The notes under the pieces were generated by a model. It was not told the DNA's origin. It was given only the letters and a program-made list of their open reading frames with translations, and made no database searches. Shown here piece by piece: positions 18,297 to 27,807 of a DNA stretch of 64,000 nt. Both the position numbers and the translations under genes were made by a program. This DNA comes from Campylobacterales bacterium (lineage in GTDB: Bacteria > Campylobacterota > Campylobacteria > Campylobacterales > Sulfurimonadaceae): contig JBBRBK010000005.1 of NCBI GenBank assembly GCA_038205935.1, forward strand, positions 11,915 to 75,914, in the 5' to 3' direction. Numbering within the stretch: the stretch's first letter is position 1; every line of letters begins with the position of its first letter.

Positions 18297-19799
18297 TTAA
18301 GATATATCATTTTTTGATTTAAGCTTATCTATTTTATTTTTTATGCTTTTTTCAACCTCTAAGAATGCATCGACAACAACATTACTAAACATCTTCTCTT
18401 TTAAAGCAATAATCTCTGATACTGCTTGCTCGTGAGTTTTTCCTGCTTTATAGGAACGATCACCGGTAATACCAGCATAGAACTCACCAAGCGCTACAAT
18501 CTGTGCATTAAGCGGTATTTGTGATTCTTTTAAACCTAAAGGGTAGCCTTTGCCATCATATCTTTCATGATGAAATTTTATAATATCTACAATTGGATAG
18601 ATATGAGCAATTGGCTCGACTAGGATACTTCCTATCAAAGGATGTTCTTTTATAAGGTTCATCTCGGTTTCACCAAACTGATCTTTATCTAACACAGCTA
18701 AAAGATCACCAATCATTCCTATGTCGTGTAAATATGCTCCCATAGAGATAGCATCTATATCATTTTGTGATAAGAAAAGTGATCCTGCGATATCAACAGA
18801 AACCACTTGAACAATCAGAGAGTGGTTTTTATAATATACGTTTTCTAATTCGATGGCTTCATTGGTAAAATTAAGAAGTTCTATATAATTTTGGACGATC
18901 TCACTGTTTTTATCACTATTCATCATAAAGGCGCCAGCCATATCTAAAAATGAACCTACTTGTGTAACAGTATCTCCTTGTAAAGTTTTATCATCATAAA
19001 ATTCCAATTTATACGGAGTATTTCTAATATAAAACACCTTTTGTAGAGTAGTTAGATTCTTTGGTTTATATTCAAAAACAGTTTCATTCTCTTTTGTTAA
19101 AAGTTTTGCACCTTTTGCTTTTGTGATTTTTAAAACAAGTGCAACGAAAAATTTAAAAAACTGCTTTTTATCCATTTGTAATTTCATTAAAGAGATAGAG
19201 GTATCACGGCTTACATTTGAAAGTCTGCCTTCACCTTTAGAATTAAAACTATTTGATATCTCATCATAATAACTCAGCATAATGTCAAAAAAACCTGTGT
19301 ATTTTTTTAAATCAGGCCTAGAGTAGGAAAAAAAGAGGAGCATACTTTTTTCACTGCTGTTAATAAAATTACTTACCATATAATTGCCACTTTTTAAAAA
19401 TGTTTTGATCTCTTTTTTACTAACTCGTAGTGGAACTGCAACACTCTTTTCTAAAACAGCATTCGATTCTACAAGAATATATGTTTCACCTCTGAGTTCA
19501 TATAACCCGCAGAACTTCGCATCTACAAGATCAATACTTTTAAGTAAAAAAAGATCTACATCTTTAAGAGATTGCTTCGAACTCAACTCGTGCAAATAAT
19601 CATTAAAGCGATTAAAATCGGCCTGTAAGCGTAAGTTTTTCTTAAATAAAAACATGTAGACAAACAATAGCAACAAAGCAATGAGAAGAAAAAACCACCA
19701 TGCTTGACCTAAAAAGGTGTTTAATTCAGCCAAATTTGACTTAATGATATCTGGTAATATAAAATTAAAATAGTATCTACTCTGTTCAAATGTTGTCAT
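18297..19799 (-). CDS. membrane-anchored HD-GYP domain protein (appears partly degenerate)
   Basis: N-terminal TM helix. C-terminal NHS, LHDIG, KEHP, HHERYDGKGYP and RSYK. Start placed at MTTFEQ. Confidence 0.85.
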   Translation of the reverse strand: MTTFEQSRYYFNFILPDIIKSNLAELNTFLGQAWWFFLLIALLLLFVYMFLFKKNLRLQADFNRFNDYLHELSSKQSLKDVDLFLLKSIDLVDAKFCGLYELRGETYILVESNAVLEKSVAVPLRVSKKEIKTFLKSGNYMVSNFINSSEKSMLLFFSYSRPDLKKYTGFFDIMLSYYDEISNSFNSKGEGRLSNVSRDTSISLMKLQMDKKQFFKFFVALVLKITKAKGAKLLTKENETVFEYKPKNLTTLQKVFYIRNTPYKLEFYDDKTLQGDTVTQVGSFLDMAGAFMMNSDKNSEIVQNYIELLNFTNEAIELENVYYKNHSLIVQVVSVDIAGSLFLSQNDIDAISMGAYLHDIGMIGDLLAVLDKDQFGETEMNLIKEHPLIGSILVEPIAHIYPIVDIIKFHHERYDGKGYPLGLKESQIPLNAQIVALGEFYAGITGDRSYKAGKTHEQAVSEIIALKEKMFSNVVVDAFLEVEKSIKNKIDKLKSKNDIS

Positions 19800-21969
19800 T
19801 TTTTTTCTTTTCCTCTTCTTGTAATTTATCAATATATTCTTGATTGTCTATTTCATAAATACTCACTGTACCCGTATTTTTGTACAATTTAATGTTGTGA
19901 TGATTCGCACTATATATTAGAACCCAAGTTTTAATATTCTTTTGCACATCACCTCTCCAGCGATAATACCATTCATTTAGACCCATATAATTCCCTGGAA
20001 AATTTTCTACAAAGACATAAACTTTATTCGTCGGTACTTCAAGATAATGTGCTGTTGGAGAATAGTCCATTAGAAAATTTTGAGTGTTTAGGTGATACCC
20101 TTTGTTTAAAACTTTAGCGTAAGCCTGAACGTATGCGACAGCGGTCCAGGTAAAAGGCCTATTTTCATCATTAATTTTCAAAATTGTTTCTGGGATCGAG
20201 GTATATTCTATTTCATTAAGGCTTGTCCAAAATCTGTCAGAATTAATCCATTTTGGAAGAACTAATAGTCCTATAGCAAATATTACATAGGCAAATAATA
20301 TAATTGGATATTTTGTATGTTTCTTAAAGGTCCAAAAAATCGGTTTATAAAAAAAATAAAAAAAATAGAAAGAAGAAAGAAGAGTAATCGATAAAAAAAG
20401 ATACTCAGCCTGTCTGCTCTGTTTTGCTAAAAGAGGCAATCCTGCATTTGGTCCAAAATAGGAGATAAAAACAGCTGTCACAATTAACAAAATCGATATA
20501 TTCACAAATCTTTTTTTTGTGAACAAAGCCACAATAAAAGAAAATCCAACCATAATAAATAAAAAAATATGGACTTTCGTAATATGTACAATGGATACTG
20601 AATTAATACCAAGAGTAACAGTTTGTTTCATCTGATTTTTTGTCTGAAGCAGTTTATCTATAAAAGGTGCAGCAGCACCAAAATCTTGTGGTATTCCAAA
20701 TTTTATGATCGAGAGCATCCATAGATTTCCTACAATCGTAGCAATTACAACAACTAATAAACCTTTTTTCAAAAGCTTCATATCAATTTTTCTAAATAAT
20801 AAAGCATTGATCGCAATAAGTACACTCATAATAGCCAAAAAGATTGCTCCACCACCATGGAAAGTAAAAACAAGCATCAATGTTAAACCGTACATGTAAA
20901 GATAACGGTTTAGCTTTGTATCTAATGTTTTTATTAAAAAATATGCATTTAAGAGTACAAACACAGATGCTTCTTCATAAGCCAATCCAGAAACATACCT
21001 TAAATAAGGAATATCACCAATATTATTTCCCTGTGTTAATAGATCACTCATCTGAGGTGCATAAAATAACAGGTGATGAAAATCAATAATTTGGGGATTA
21101 GAGATCTCAAATATTTTTCCTAAAATAATATTTGCAAGCGGACTCATCAAGACTAGTCCATGAACCATAACTGCAACTAAACCAACATACTTAGAATGTG
21201 TATAATCTCTTACAACATAGTATATAGAAAGATAAAGAGCCAAAAGAATTAAAATAGGAAAAAGGCTAAAGAGGATAATCTGATCAAGATTTGTAAAAAG
21301 ATTCACAAAATAAATAATAATTGCTTGTCCATAAAAATCTGCACCAAAACTTTTATTGTCTGCGAAAAGTGTATTTTGCTGTAATATACCAACCCATTCA
21401 ATAAACTGAGCAGTATCTGGCATAGGATCACCGTAACTCAGCAAACCTCGAGCCATTAGCATAGCTATAATATAAAAAAATACCGATACAAAAAGAGATG
21501 CCCGCAAAAAAGAATAAAATGTCATATCCTCTTGTTTATGAGTAAACCATTTTTTTGTATCACTAACTATTTTTTTACTTACCTCTTTTTTATTATCTAA
21601 GAGGTGTAAAAAGAAAACCATGGCACTTACTTTTATATATACAAATATATGAAAAATATCTTTTTTATAGTGCCATTTCAAAATAGCCAACTTAGTTAAA
21701 ACGAGCATAAAAATAAAAAGAAGAAGACTAAAAGCTTTAATAAAAATCAAAAATGTAACAACAATTTCAATATAAGCTGTCATATATACAAAATTAAAAA
21801 CTACTTTTTGCATACCCTCACCTGTATATTCTTGAGGAAATAACTTTGTTGGTAAAAGATAAAACATACCATACGCTAAGATCAATATTTTAACAATATA
21901 CCAAATATTTTTTATAAGTATTTGGTATATAACATCGAGATCTAAAAAATATATACTATGCGGTATCAT
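19786..21969 (-). CDS. polytopic membrane protein (727 aa), possible GT-C-fold glycosyltransferase
   Basis: Many TM helices, an acidic loop (GDPMPD) after an early TM, and a C-terminal soluble domain. Function inferred from context only. Confidence 0.6.
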   Translation of the reverse strand: MIPHSIYFLDLDVIYQILIKNIWYIVKILILAYGMFYLLPTKLFPQEYTGEGMQKVVFNFVYMTAYIEIVVTFLIFIKAFSLLLFIFMLVLTKLAILKWHYKKDIFHIFVYIKVSAMVFFLHLLDNKKEVSKKIVSDTKKWFTHKQEDMTFYSFLRASLFVSVFFYIIAMLMARGLLSYGDPMPDTAQFIEWVGILQQNTLFADNKSFGADFYGQAIIIYFVNLFTNLDQIILFSLFPILILLALYLSIYYVVRDYTHSKYVGLVAVMVHGLVLMSPLANIILGKIFEISNPQIIDFHHLLFYAPQMSDLLTQGNNIGDIPYLRYVSGLAYEEASVFVLLNAYFLIKTLDTKLNRYLYMYGLTLMLVFTFHGGGAIFLAIMSVLIAINALLFRKIDMKLLKKGLLVVVIATIVGNLWMLSIIKFGIPQDFGAAAPFIDKLLQTKNQMKQTVTLGINSVSIVHITKVHIFLFIMVGFSFIVALFTKKRFVNISILLIVTAVFISYFGPNAGLPLLAKQSRQAEYLFLSITLLSSFYFFYFFYKPIFWTFKKHTKYPIILFAYVIFAIGLLVLPKWINSDRFWTSLNEIEYTSIPETILKINDENRPFTWTAVAYVQAYAKVLNKGYHLNTQNFLMDYSPTAHYLEVPTNKVYVFVENFPGNYMGLNEWYYRWRGDVQKNIKTWVLIYSANHHNIKLYKNTGTVSIYEIDNQEYIDKLQEEEKKKNDNI

Positions 21970-21976
21970 CTATACT

Positions 21977-23038
21977 CTATTTTTTTATACTAGTTGTTGT
22001 ATTGTAGTCAGAAATCTGGCCACTATTCTTATTTTCAAGAGTTATCGGTACGACGACTACACCTGTCTCGTTTTTTGATTTAAAAGGAGTTTGAACCATT
22101 TTATCCGCTTTTAATTCCTTTTTTTTATCAACTTTTTTCATAAAATAATCTAACAATTTCCATCTCAATAATTCACCATCGTACATTTTGTCTTCAAAGT
22201 CAAAAGATCGTAAAAACACGACTCCGCCCTTTCCATATTTAACAAAAGTCACCAAAGGTGTCCCATTCTCGGACTCGAGTAAGTGATCTCCCTGAGGCAT
22301 AAAATCTGCGTTAAGATAGTTATCTGTAGTTATTTGAAGAGTTTTTATATCTTGAAAAAATGGGATTTTACTTTTTGTTTTATACGTTATTTGCAACGGT
22401 TCAAAATTTATAAAATCTATAGCCTTGCTTTCAGACTTATATATGTTAACTGTTTTACCAAAGAATGAGAGCTGTGAACTTTTGGAATCCATCATATTTT
22501 TCATCGCTTGAGAATCAATAATACCATCTTTTTTAAAAGTATCATATCTCGTAGAGTAGATACCTCCATCAATCCAAAGAACTCCTCCCTCGGATATCCA
22601 TCCTTTAAGAATCTTTTGCTCTTCTAAAGAAAGATTATTGCTAAATCCAATATCTTCAAAAAGATCATTAGAAACCTTTTTAAACTGTTTTACCCACATT
22701 GGAAGCACATAAATAAAATTTTCTGCAGAGGGATTACTTTTTAATTTCCAAATATCAACATCTCTCAACGAAGCAAAATGGTATTCTGAATTAAGCTGAT
22801 TATAGAACTCATTTGAAAACTTTCCTTTATACCCAACTACTCTTTGATTAGAAATAAATGGAAAATCATTTAAAAGCGCTCTACCCGTGATTGCGTCACC
22901 TTCCAATTTTTTAGGAGTGATATTATAAACTTCTACACGTTGTGCGGAAAGTAAACTTTTTTCAAGCTCTTCATCATTTTTCGAAGCACATCCTCCTAAC
23001 AACAAAATAACCGATAGACTCAATATATAACTCTTCAT
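21977..23038 (-). CDS. hypothetical lipoprotein with a class-I glutamine amidotransferase-like fold segment
   Basis: Lipobox LLGGC. W..EGG.LWIDGG and YGKGGVVFL resemble GATase1-like non-catalytic domains. Confidence 0.6.
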   Translation of the reverse strand: MKSYILSLSVILLLGGCASKNDEELEKSLLSAQRVEVYNITPKKLEGDAITGRALLNDFPFISNQRVVGYKGKFSNEFYNQLNSEYHFASLRDVDIWKLKSNPSAENFIYVLPMWVKQFKKVSNDLFEDIGFSNNLSLEEQKILKGWISEGGVLWIDGGIYSTRYDTFKKDGIIDSQAMKNMMDSKSSQLSFFGKTVNIYKSESKAIDFINFEPLQITYKTKSKIPFFQDIKTLQITTDNYLNADFMPQGDHLLESENGTPLVTFVKYGKGGVVFLRSFDFEDKMYDGELLRWKLLDYFMKKVDKKKELKADKMVQTPFKSKNETGVVVVPITLENKNSGQISDYNTTTSIKK

Positions 23039-23048
23039 ATAATCTCCT

Positions 23049-24626
23049 TTAAAATGCAGAATAATAATAATATTCCATTTTTCTAAGCATCTTGACAGTA
23101 TAGCTAAAGCTTATAATCCAAAATACTAAACTTCCAATCAATAATCCTAAAACAGCATACTCTAAGCCAAACATCCGACTTAAGATCAGACCAACTAAGA
23201 TATTTAATCCAACAGCAATAGCTATAGAAGTGATAGAAAAGTTTTGTCTCGAAAATGAAAAGATGAAGAGTACATTCATCAAACCATTGACCATAAATAC
23301 GTACGAGATAGCTGCTACCCAAAATACATATGGTGTATAACTATGAAAAAAAGTACCTAAATACCTGATATGCCAATAATGGTACAACCAATAGGTTACA
23401 TAATAAGTCAATAATATAATCACTATCGCAAATACAAGATAAACTATATTAAACTTTGTAAAAAAGTTTTTTATTTCACGATTGAATTTCTTGTATTCTT
23501 TATATTTGTACTGTATTACCAAATCATTAATACGGTACATAAATTCATGGATACTAATCTCCGTAAATCCCATCATAAGGATCAAAACTATCAAAGCCCA
23601 ATCAAGTCCCAATTCATATGGAACATTAAACCATATAAAATATGGTTTAGCCGGAACATATGTACTCCAAGCTATAATCCTATCTGTCACAAGAAATACA
23701 AAATAGAAAAAACCATACATGTAAAAGGTGATCAATGAATAAAATAACATTGATGCACGTGGTATTTCTTCACCCTCGGAGATAGTATTTTTCTTTTTTA
23801 AACGTCTTATTTTTCTTATTACCAATATAAATAAAAGAATATTAATAATAACTAAAGAGATGAATTGTGCTTCTGGAAGCTTTACTTTTATAATTGCATG
23901 GGCAATATAAGTTAAAATCATCGCCAAAAGAAAAAATCCTAAGATCTTTGTATACTCTTCAAACATATAATAAACGGAGATATTTAAAAATAAAAATGAT
24001 AATAAAAGATAAAACACTATCAAAACATAAAAATAATAAAATGGAAAAATATGAAAAAAGAGTTGAATCAGCAACACGACTAAACCCACTCCAAGAATTA
24101 TTAACAACCCTACTTTTTTCAAAGCCTCAGTCACATTTGCAGCTAAAATAAATTCATCCTGTTTAAGATAAAAAAGACCTTTTCTTCCGATTGCTTGTGC
24201 CGATGCACCAGTCACAATAAGCGCTAAGAATGTTCCAAGTGCAATAGCTGTTGCTGTTTCTTGATCCATATTTACGCCAGACCACAGAGCATATCCAATT
24301 GTTAGCGTAAAAAAAATCTGCACAAACATAGGCATTGCAAAAGCAAGACCACGGATATAATTTAGAAATACTCTTTTTCCAAAAGGTGGAATTTTCTCCC
24401 AATTCACAAGTGATTTTTGTGGATAGCTTTTACCTATAATATATTTTTGCATATATTCACCCATATCAAAAACACTTGTAAAGCCATATTCCTTAACAGC
24501 ATCAATATCCCGTATGCCATAAATTTCAAGTAATGCCGTCATCTCCCAAACGTCAAGAGGTTTACCTTTCTCTTTAGTTATTTCATGATAGAGTTCCGCT
24601 AAATCGATGCTGCTGATTGCTGCCAT
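23049..24626 (-). CDS. pelG: PelG-like exopolysaccharide transporter (MATE-like polytopic membrane protein)
   Basis: About 12 TM helices immediately downstream of pelF. Segments LIVTG..Q...R, YGFFY..FL..DRII.W and YE.GLD are PelG-like, though divergent. Confidence 0.65.
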   Translation of the reverse strand: MAAISSIDLAELYHEITKEKGKPLDVWEMTALLEIYGIRDIDAVKEYGFTSVFDMGEYMQKYIIGKSYPQKSLVNWEKIPPFGKRVFLNYIRGLAFAMPMFVQIFFTLTIGYALWSGVNMDQETATAIALGTFLALIVTGASAQAIGRKGLFYLKQDEFILAANVTEALKKVGLLIILGVGLVVLLIQLFFHIFPFYYFYVLIVFYLLLSFLFLNISVYYMFEEYTKILGFFLLAMILTYIAHAIIKVKLPEAQFISLVIINILLFILVIRKIRRLKKKNTISEGEEIPRASMLFYSLITFYMYGFFYFVFLVTDRIIAWSTYVPAKPYFIWFNVPYELGLDWALIVLILMMGFTEISIHEFMYRINDLVIQYKYKEYKKFNREIKNFFTKFNIVYLVFAIVIILLTYYVTYWLYHYWHIRYLGTFFHSYTPYVFWVAAISYVFMVNGLMNVLFIFSFSRQNFSITSIAIAVGLNILVGLILSRMFGLEYAVLGLLIGSLVFWIISFSYTVKMLRKMEYYYYSAF

Positions 24627-26113
24627 TGCTCCTCCTCTTCTACTAAATATTGGTCATAAAGTTCTCGATAAACTCTACTGTAATTACGCACCATATCCTC
24701 AATCGTATATCCATTTAGAATAGACTCTCTTGCGTCCAGACCCATTTGTCTTGCGATATCAGGATTATTTAAAATATAAATAGTTTTTTTTGCGAATTCT
24801 TCATAATCTTTAGGTTTAATGACAAATCCAAAATCTTCCAGAACCTCTTTAGTTCCTCCAACATCTGATGAAATAACAACTTTTTCACAAGCCATTGCTT
24901 CAATCACAACAAACGGAAAGGCTTCAGATATACTTGTAAGTAAGACAACATCGCCTTCATTGTAGGCTTCTTGAGGCTTATTGGTACTTCCTGCAAAGAA
25001 AAAATTATTTTCTATTCCTAATTCTCGTACAAGATCCTCACAAAAATGGTAATATTTTTCATTCACAGCAGGTCCATAAAGTTTAAAAAGAACATTTGGA
25101 ATCTCTTTTGCAACCAATTGCGCAGTTTTTATAAATGTTTCAATATCTTTAAGAGGATCAATCCGAGCAACCATTACTACGGTTGGACGCTCATTTTTTG
25201 CCTCTCTTGGTATAAATTTATAAGTATTTGTATCGATACCGTTATAAATAACCTCTATTTTTTTTTCATCTACACCCCACTGCTTTTCCCATCGTGTATT
25301 ATAAATACAAACAGGAGAAACAACATCAGCGAAATAATAATTGAGTTTTGATACCGTTGTAATCAAGCCCATCAAAAACTCTTTAGTACGATAAGGCATT
25401 TGATTTCGTGAAGCAGCTAAATACTGTTCTCTAATGTAAACCCCATGCTCCGTAAGTAAAAATTTACTTCCGAACTTTTTCTTGGCAATAATACAAGGCA
25501 GACCACAAAAAGCTGCTGCAGATGAGTGATATATCTGCGCCTTTGGAAGCTTTGGCAGTAGTGATATAAAAAATCGATAAAGATAACGTAGGCCCTCTAT
25601 CATATCAAATACGGTAGGTAAATCTTCCTCAATATCTTCATAATGTTTCATAATATAATTTTTATAGATTTCCCAAATCGTTTCTTCACGAAATGTTTCA
25701 TAATAATCATACTCATGGAAATATTCATAAAACTGATAAAGAGCTTCCCCAAGTAATTCAAACTCCTCTTTTTTTCTATAAACATGATCTAAAACAAGGA
25801 TAACTATAGATTCCAACTCTGTAATCTTATTTGCTTCTCTCGTTTTTATTTTTGACATATAGATTTCTGAAGATGAAATTTCTCGAATATATTCTATGGG
25901 TTCTTCAGTTCCCCACAAAGGAATATTAATCACGTCCACAACATTATCAGGAATATTGAATTTCAATTTGATATATGGATGCATTTGTATTGGAATGAGT
26001 ACAAAATCAATATTTGTCAACTCATGAACAAGCGCATCTGCCCAAGTACTCACGCCACCTGTAGAGTAAGGATATGTCCCCTCACCCGTCCAAACGACCT
26101 TAATTCTGCTCAT
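24599..26113 (-). CDS. pelF: GT4 glycosyltransferase PelF (DUF3492 + Glycos_transf_1)
   Basis: Motifs EGTYPY..GGVSTW, LLTEHGVYIRE, ARIDPLKDIETFI and LTSISEAFPFVVIEAMA. Confidence 0.9.
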   Translation of the reverse strand: MSRIKVVWTGEGTYPYSTGGVSTWADALVHELTNIDFVLIPIQMHPYIKLKFNIPDNVVDVINIPLWGTEEPIEYIREISSSEIYMSKIKTREANKITELESIVILVLDHVYRKKEEFELLGEALYQFYEYFHEYDYYETFREETIWEIYKNYIMKHYEDIEEDLPTVFDMIEGLRYLYRFFISLLPKLPKAQIYHSSAAAFCGLPCIIAKKKFGSKFLLTEHGVYIREQYLAASRNQMPYRTKEFLMGLITTVSKLNYYFADVVSPVCIYNTRWEKQWGVDEKKIEVIYNGIDTNTYKFIPREAKNERPTVVMVARIDPLKDIETFIKTAQLVAKEIPNVLFKLYGPAVNEKYYHFCEDLVRELGIENNFFFAGSTNKPQEAYNEGDVVLLTSISEAFPFVVIEAMACEKVVISSDVGGTKEVLEDFGFVIKPKDYEEFAKKTIYILNNPDIARQMGLDARESILNGYTIEDMVRNYSRVYRELYDQYLVEEEEQWQQSAASI

Positions 26114-27773
26114 AAAACTCTCTTTTACCTGTCAATACACTTAAAATCAAACTTTCTTTAACATTATCGCTATCAATTCCTATTAACTCATTTTGATATT
26201 CCATAACCCTGTTAAGAGCTTCTGAATAGTCTCTGTATTGAGCAAGACCCTTAAGATATCGTTCTTTTGCCACATCCAACTTTGTTTTTGCTAATTCTAA
26301 AAGATCTTTTACATATCCCTGCTGTTTGTGAATTCTCATGAGTTGTGTATATGCTTTTTGCGTCTGATTCAAAGTATCTCTTACTTTTAAAGAAAATTTA
26401 TTTTGCTCCAATAAAGCATCATACGTACTTCGTTGCATGTTTAACCTAATATCATCTCTATTGTAGATTGGAATATTCACAGACAAGCCTAAATTCCAGA
26501 TTCCAGTAAAGTTAGTATTTGCAAAATCAAATACTTTTGGTTGTTCATATCCATATCCTATAGAGGATGTAAAATCCACAGTCGGATAAAATCGTCGTTT
26601 TTCACTGAGAACATCAGCATTCTTAATCTTTAGAAGATTTGATTCAATAGCAACATCACTACTATTTTCAATCGCTTCTTTTTGTAAATCATTGATAGAA
26701 CTTAAATCAATATGTAACGCTGCAGGGAAAAGTTTGAAAGCTTTTTCGCTTTTTGAATGTATGCTTTGTCTTAACACGTATTCATTTTGAAGATATTCGT
26801 AACTTGTATCAGTTACCATTCTCTCTAAATTTACATAATCATTCTTTGCGTCAATAAGATCCAGAATTGTGCTTGTCCCACTTTTATATTTGGCCTCTAT
26901 AATATCTTTAAACTTTTTTTGCTCATCAAAAATCTTTTTATAAAGAGATAAATGCTCTTGAGAATTAAAAAGATCATAATAAACTGAAGTTCCTAAAATT
27001 GCTAATCTGTCTTTTGTATTGATCGCTGTTATATCTGCTAATCTTTTATTGAGTGTTATATACGTGTCGCTTAAAGAGTATGTTCCATCATAAAGCCTCT
27101 TATTGGCGTTTAGATTTACTGCCGCTCCAGTTGAGGAAGTATTTGTGGTGTAATTGACATATTTTCCGGTACTTACCGTACCACTTACATAAACGTCAAA
27201 ATTATATGTATCTTGTTTTATTTCAGCAAGTAAATAATCGATCTTTTGTTGAAAAAATAGTTCTTTTGCTTCTTCTGTATTTTCAAATAAAGCAGATAAG
27301 TAAGTATTGAGATATAAGTCTTCATATATATTTTGATTTGTTACTCTTGTAGAGTTTTCACTACGAAGCAGTACTTCCTGCACTTTTGATACCGGTTTTG
27401 AGTCTTGCACTTCTAGTTTTGAGCTGTTAATTTCATTATTCAGTGTAGTAGTATTTGAGTCAACTATAGGGCTCTTTATGGTATGCATTAAAGAAGAGAT
27501 AGAATCTTTCTTTTCAACTATAAAAGCGTCTGGGTAATATTTTATAACACTATCATAAGATTGTTTAACCTCTTCATATGAAGAAAAAGGACCAACTTTA
27601 TACGTAAAATAATTCTTTTGTTTTTCAATATAAGCGCCCGAAAATCGTTGCAAAAATAATGTTTTTTCTACGTCAATAGGCTTTTTTGTAGATACTGCTA
27701 TTATGCTATATTCTGTAGCACCTAAAGGAAATGTTACGGCGACTGCCAATACGAGATATTTTATATACTTCAT
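26100..27773 (-). CDS. TolC-family outer membrane protein with an N-terminal SPOR-like domain
   Basis: Signal peptide and SPOR-like YKVGPFSSYEE...YPDAFIV. OEP repeats YKSGTSTILDLIDA, FYPTVDF, GLSVNIPIY and ERYLKGL. Confidence 0.8.
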   Translation of the reverse strand: MKYIKYLVLAVAVTFPLGATEYSIIAVSTKKPIDVEKTLFLQRFSGAYIEKQKNYFTYKVGPFSSYEEVKQSYDSVIKYYPDAFIVEKKDSISSLMHTIKSPIVDSNTTTLNNEINSSKLEVQDSKPVSKVQEVLLRSENSTRVTNQNIYEDLYLNTYLSALFENTEEAKELFFQQKIDYLLAEIKQDTYNFDVYVSGTVSTGKYVNYTTNTSSTGAAVNLNANKRLYDGTYSLSDTYITLNKRLADITAINTKDRLAILGTSVYYDLFNSQEHLSLYKKIFDEQKKFKDIIEAKYKSGTSTILDLIDAKNDYVNLERMVTDTSYEYLQNEYVLRQSIHSKSEKAFKLFPAALHIDLSSINDLQKEAIENSSDVAIESNLLKIKNADVLSEKRRFYPTVDFTSSIGYGYEQPKVFDFANTNFTGIWNLGLSVNIPIYNRDDIRLNMQRSTYDALLEQNKFSLKVRDTLNQTQKAYTQLMRIHKQQGYVKDLLELAKTKLDVAKERYLKGLAQYRDYSEALNRVMEYQNELIGIDSDNVKESLILSVLTGKREFYEQN

Positions 27774-27807
27774 CTATTTTCTCTTTAAATTTAAATTTCA
27801 ATAATTA

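Noticed and set aside
19799..19806. A/T homopolymer runs as phase-variation sites
   Set aside because: Runs of 7-8 A/T are common background at this AT content, and no frameshift is associated.
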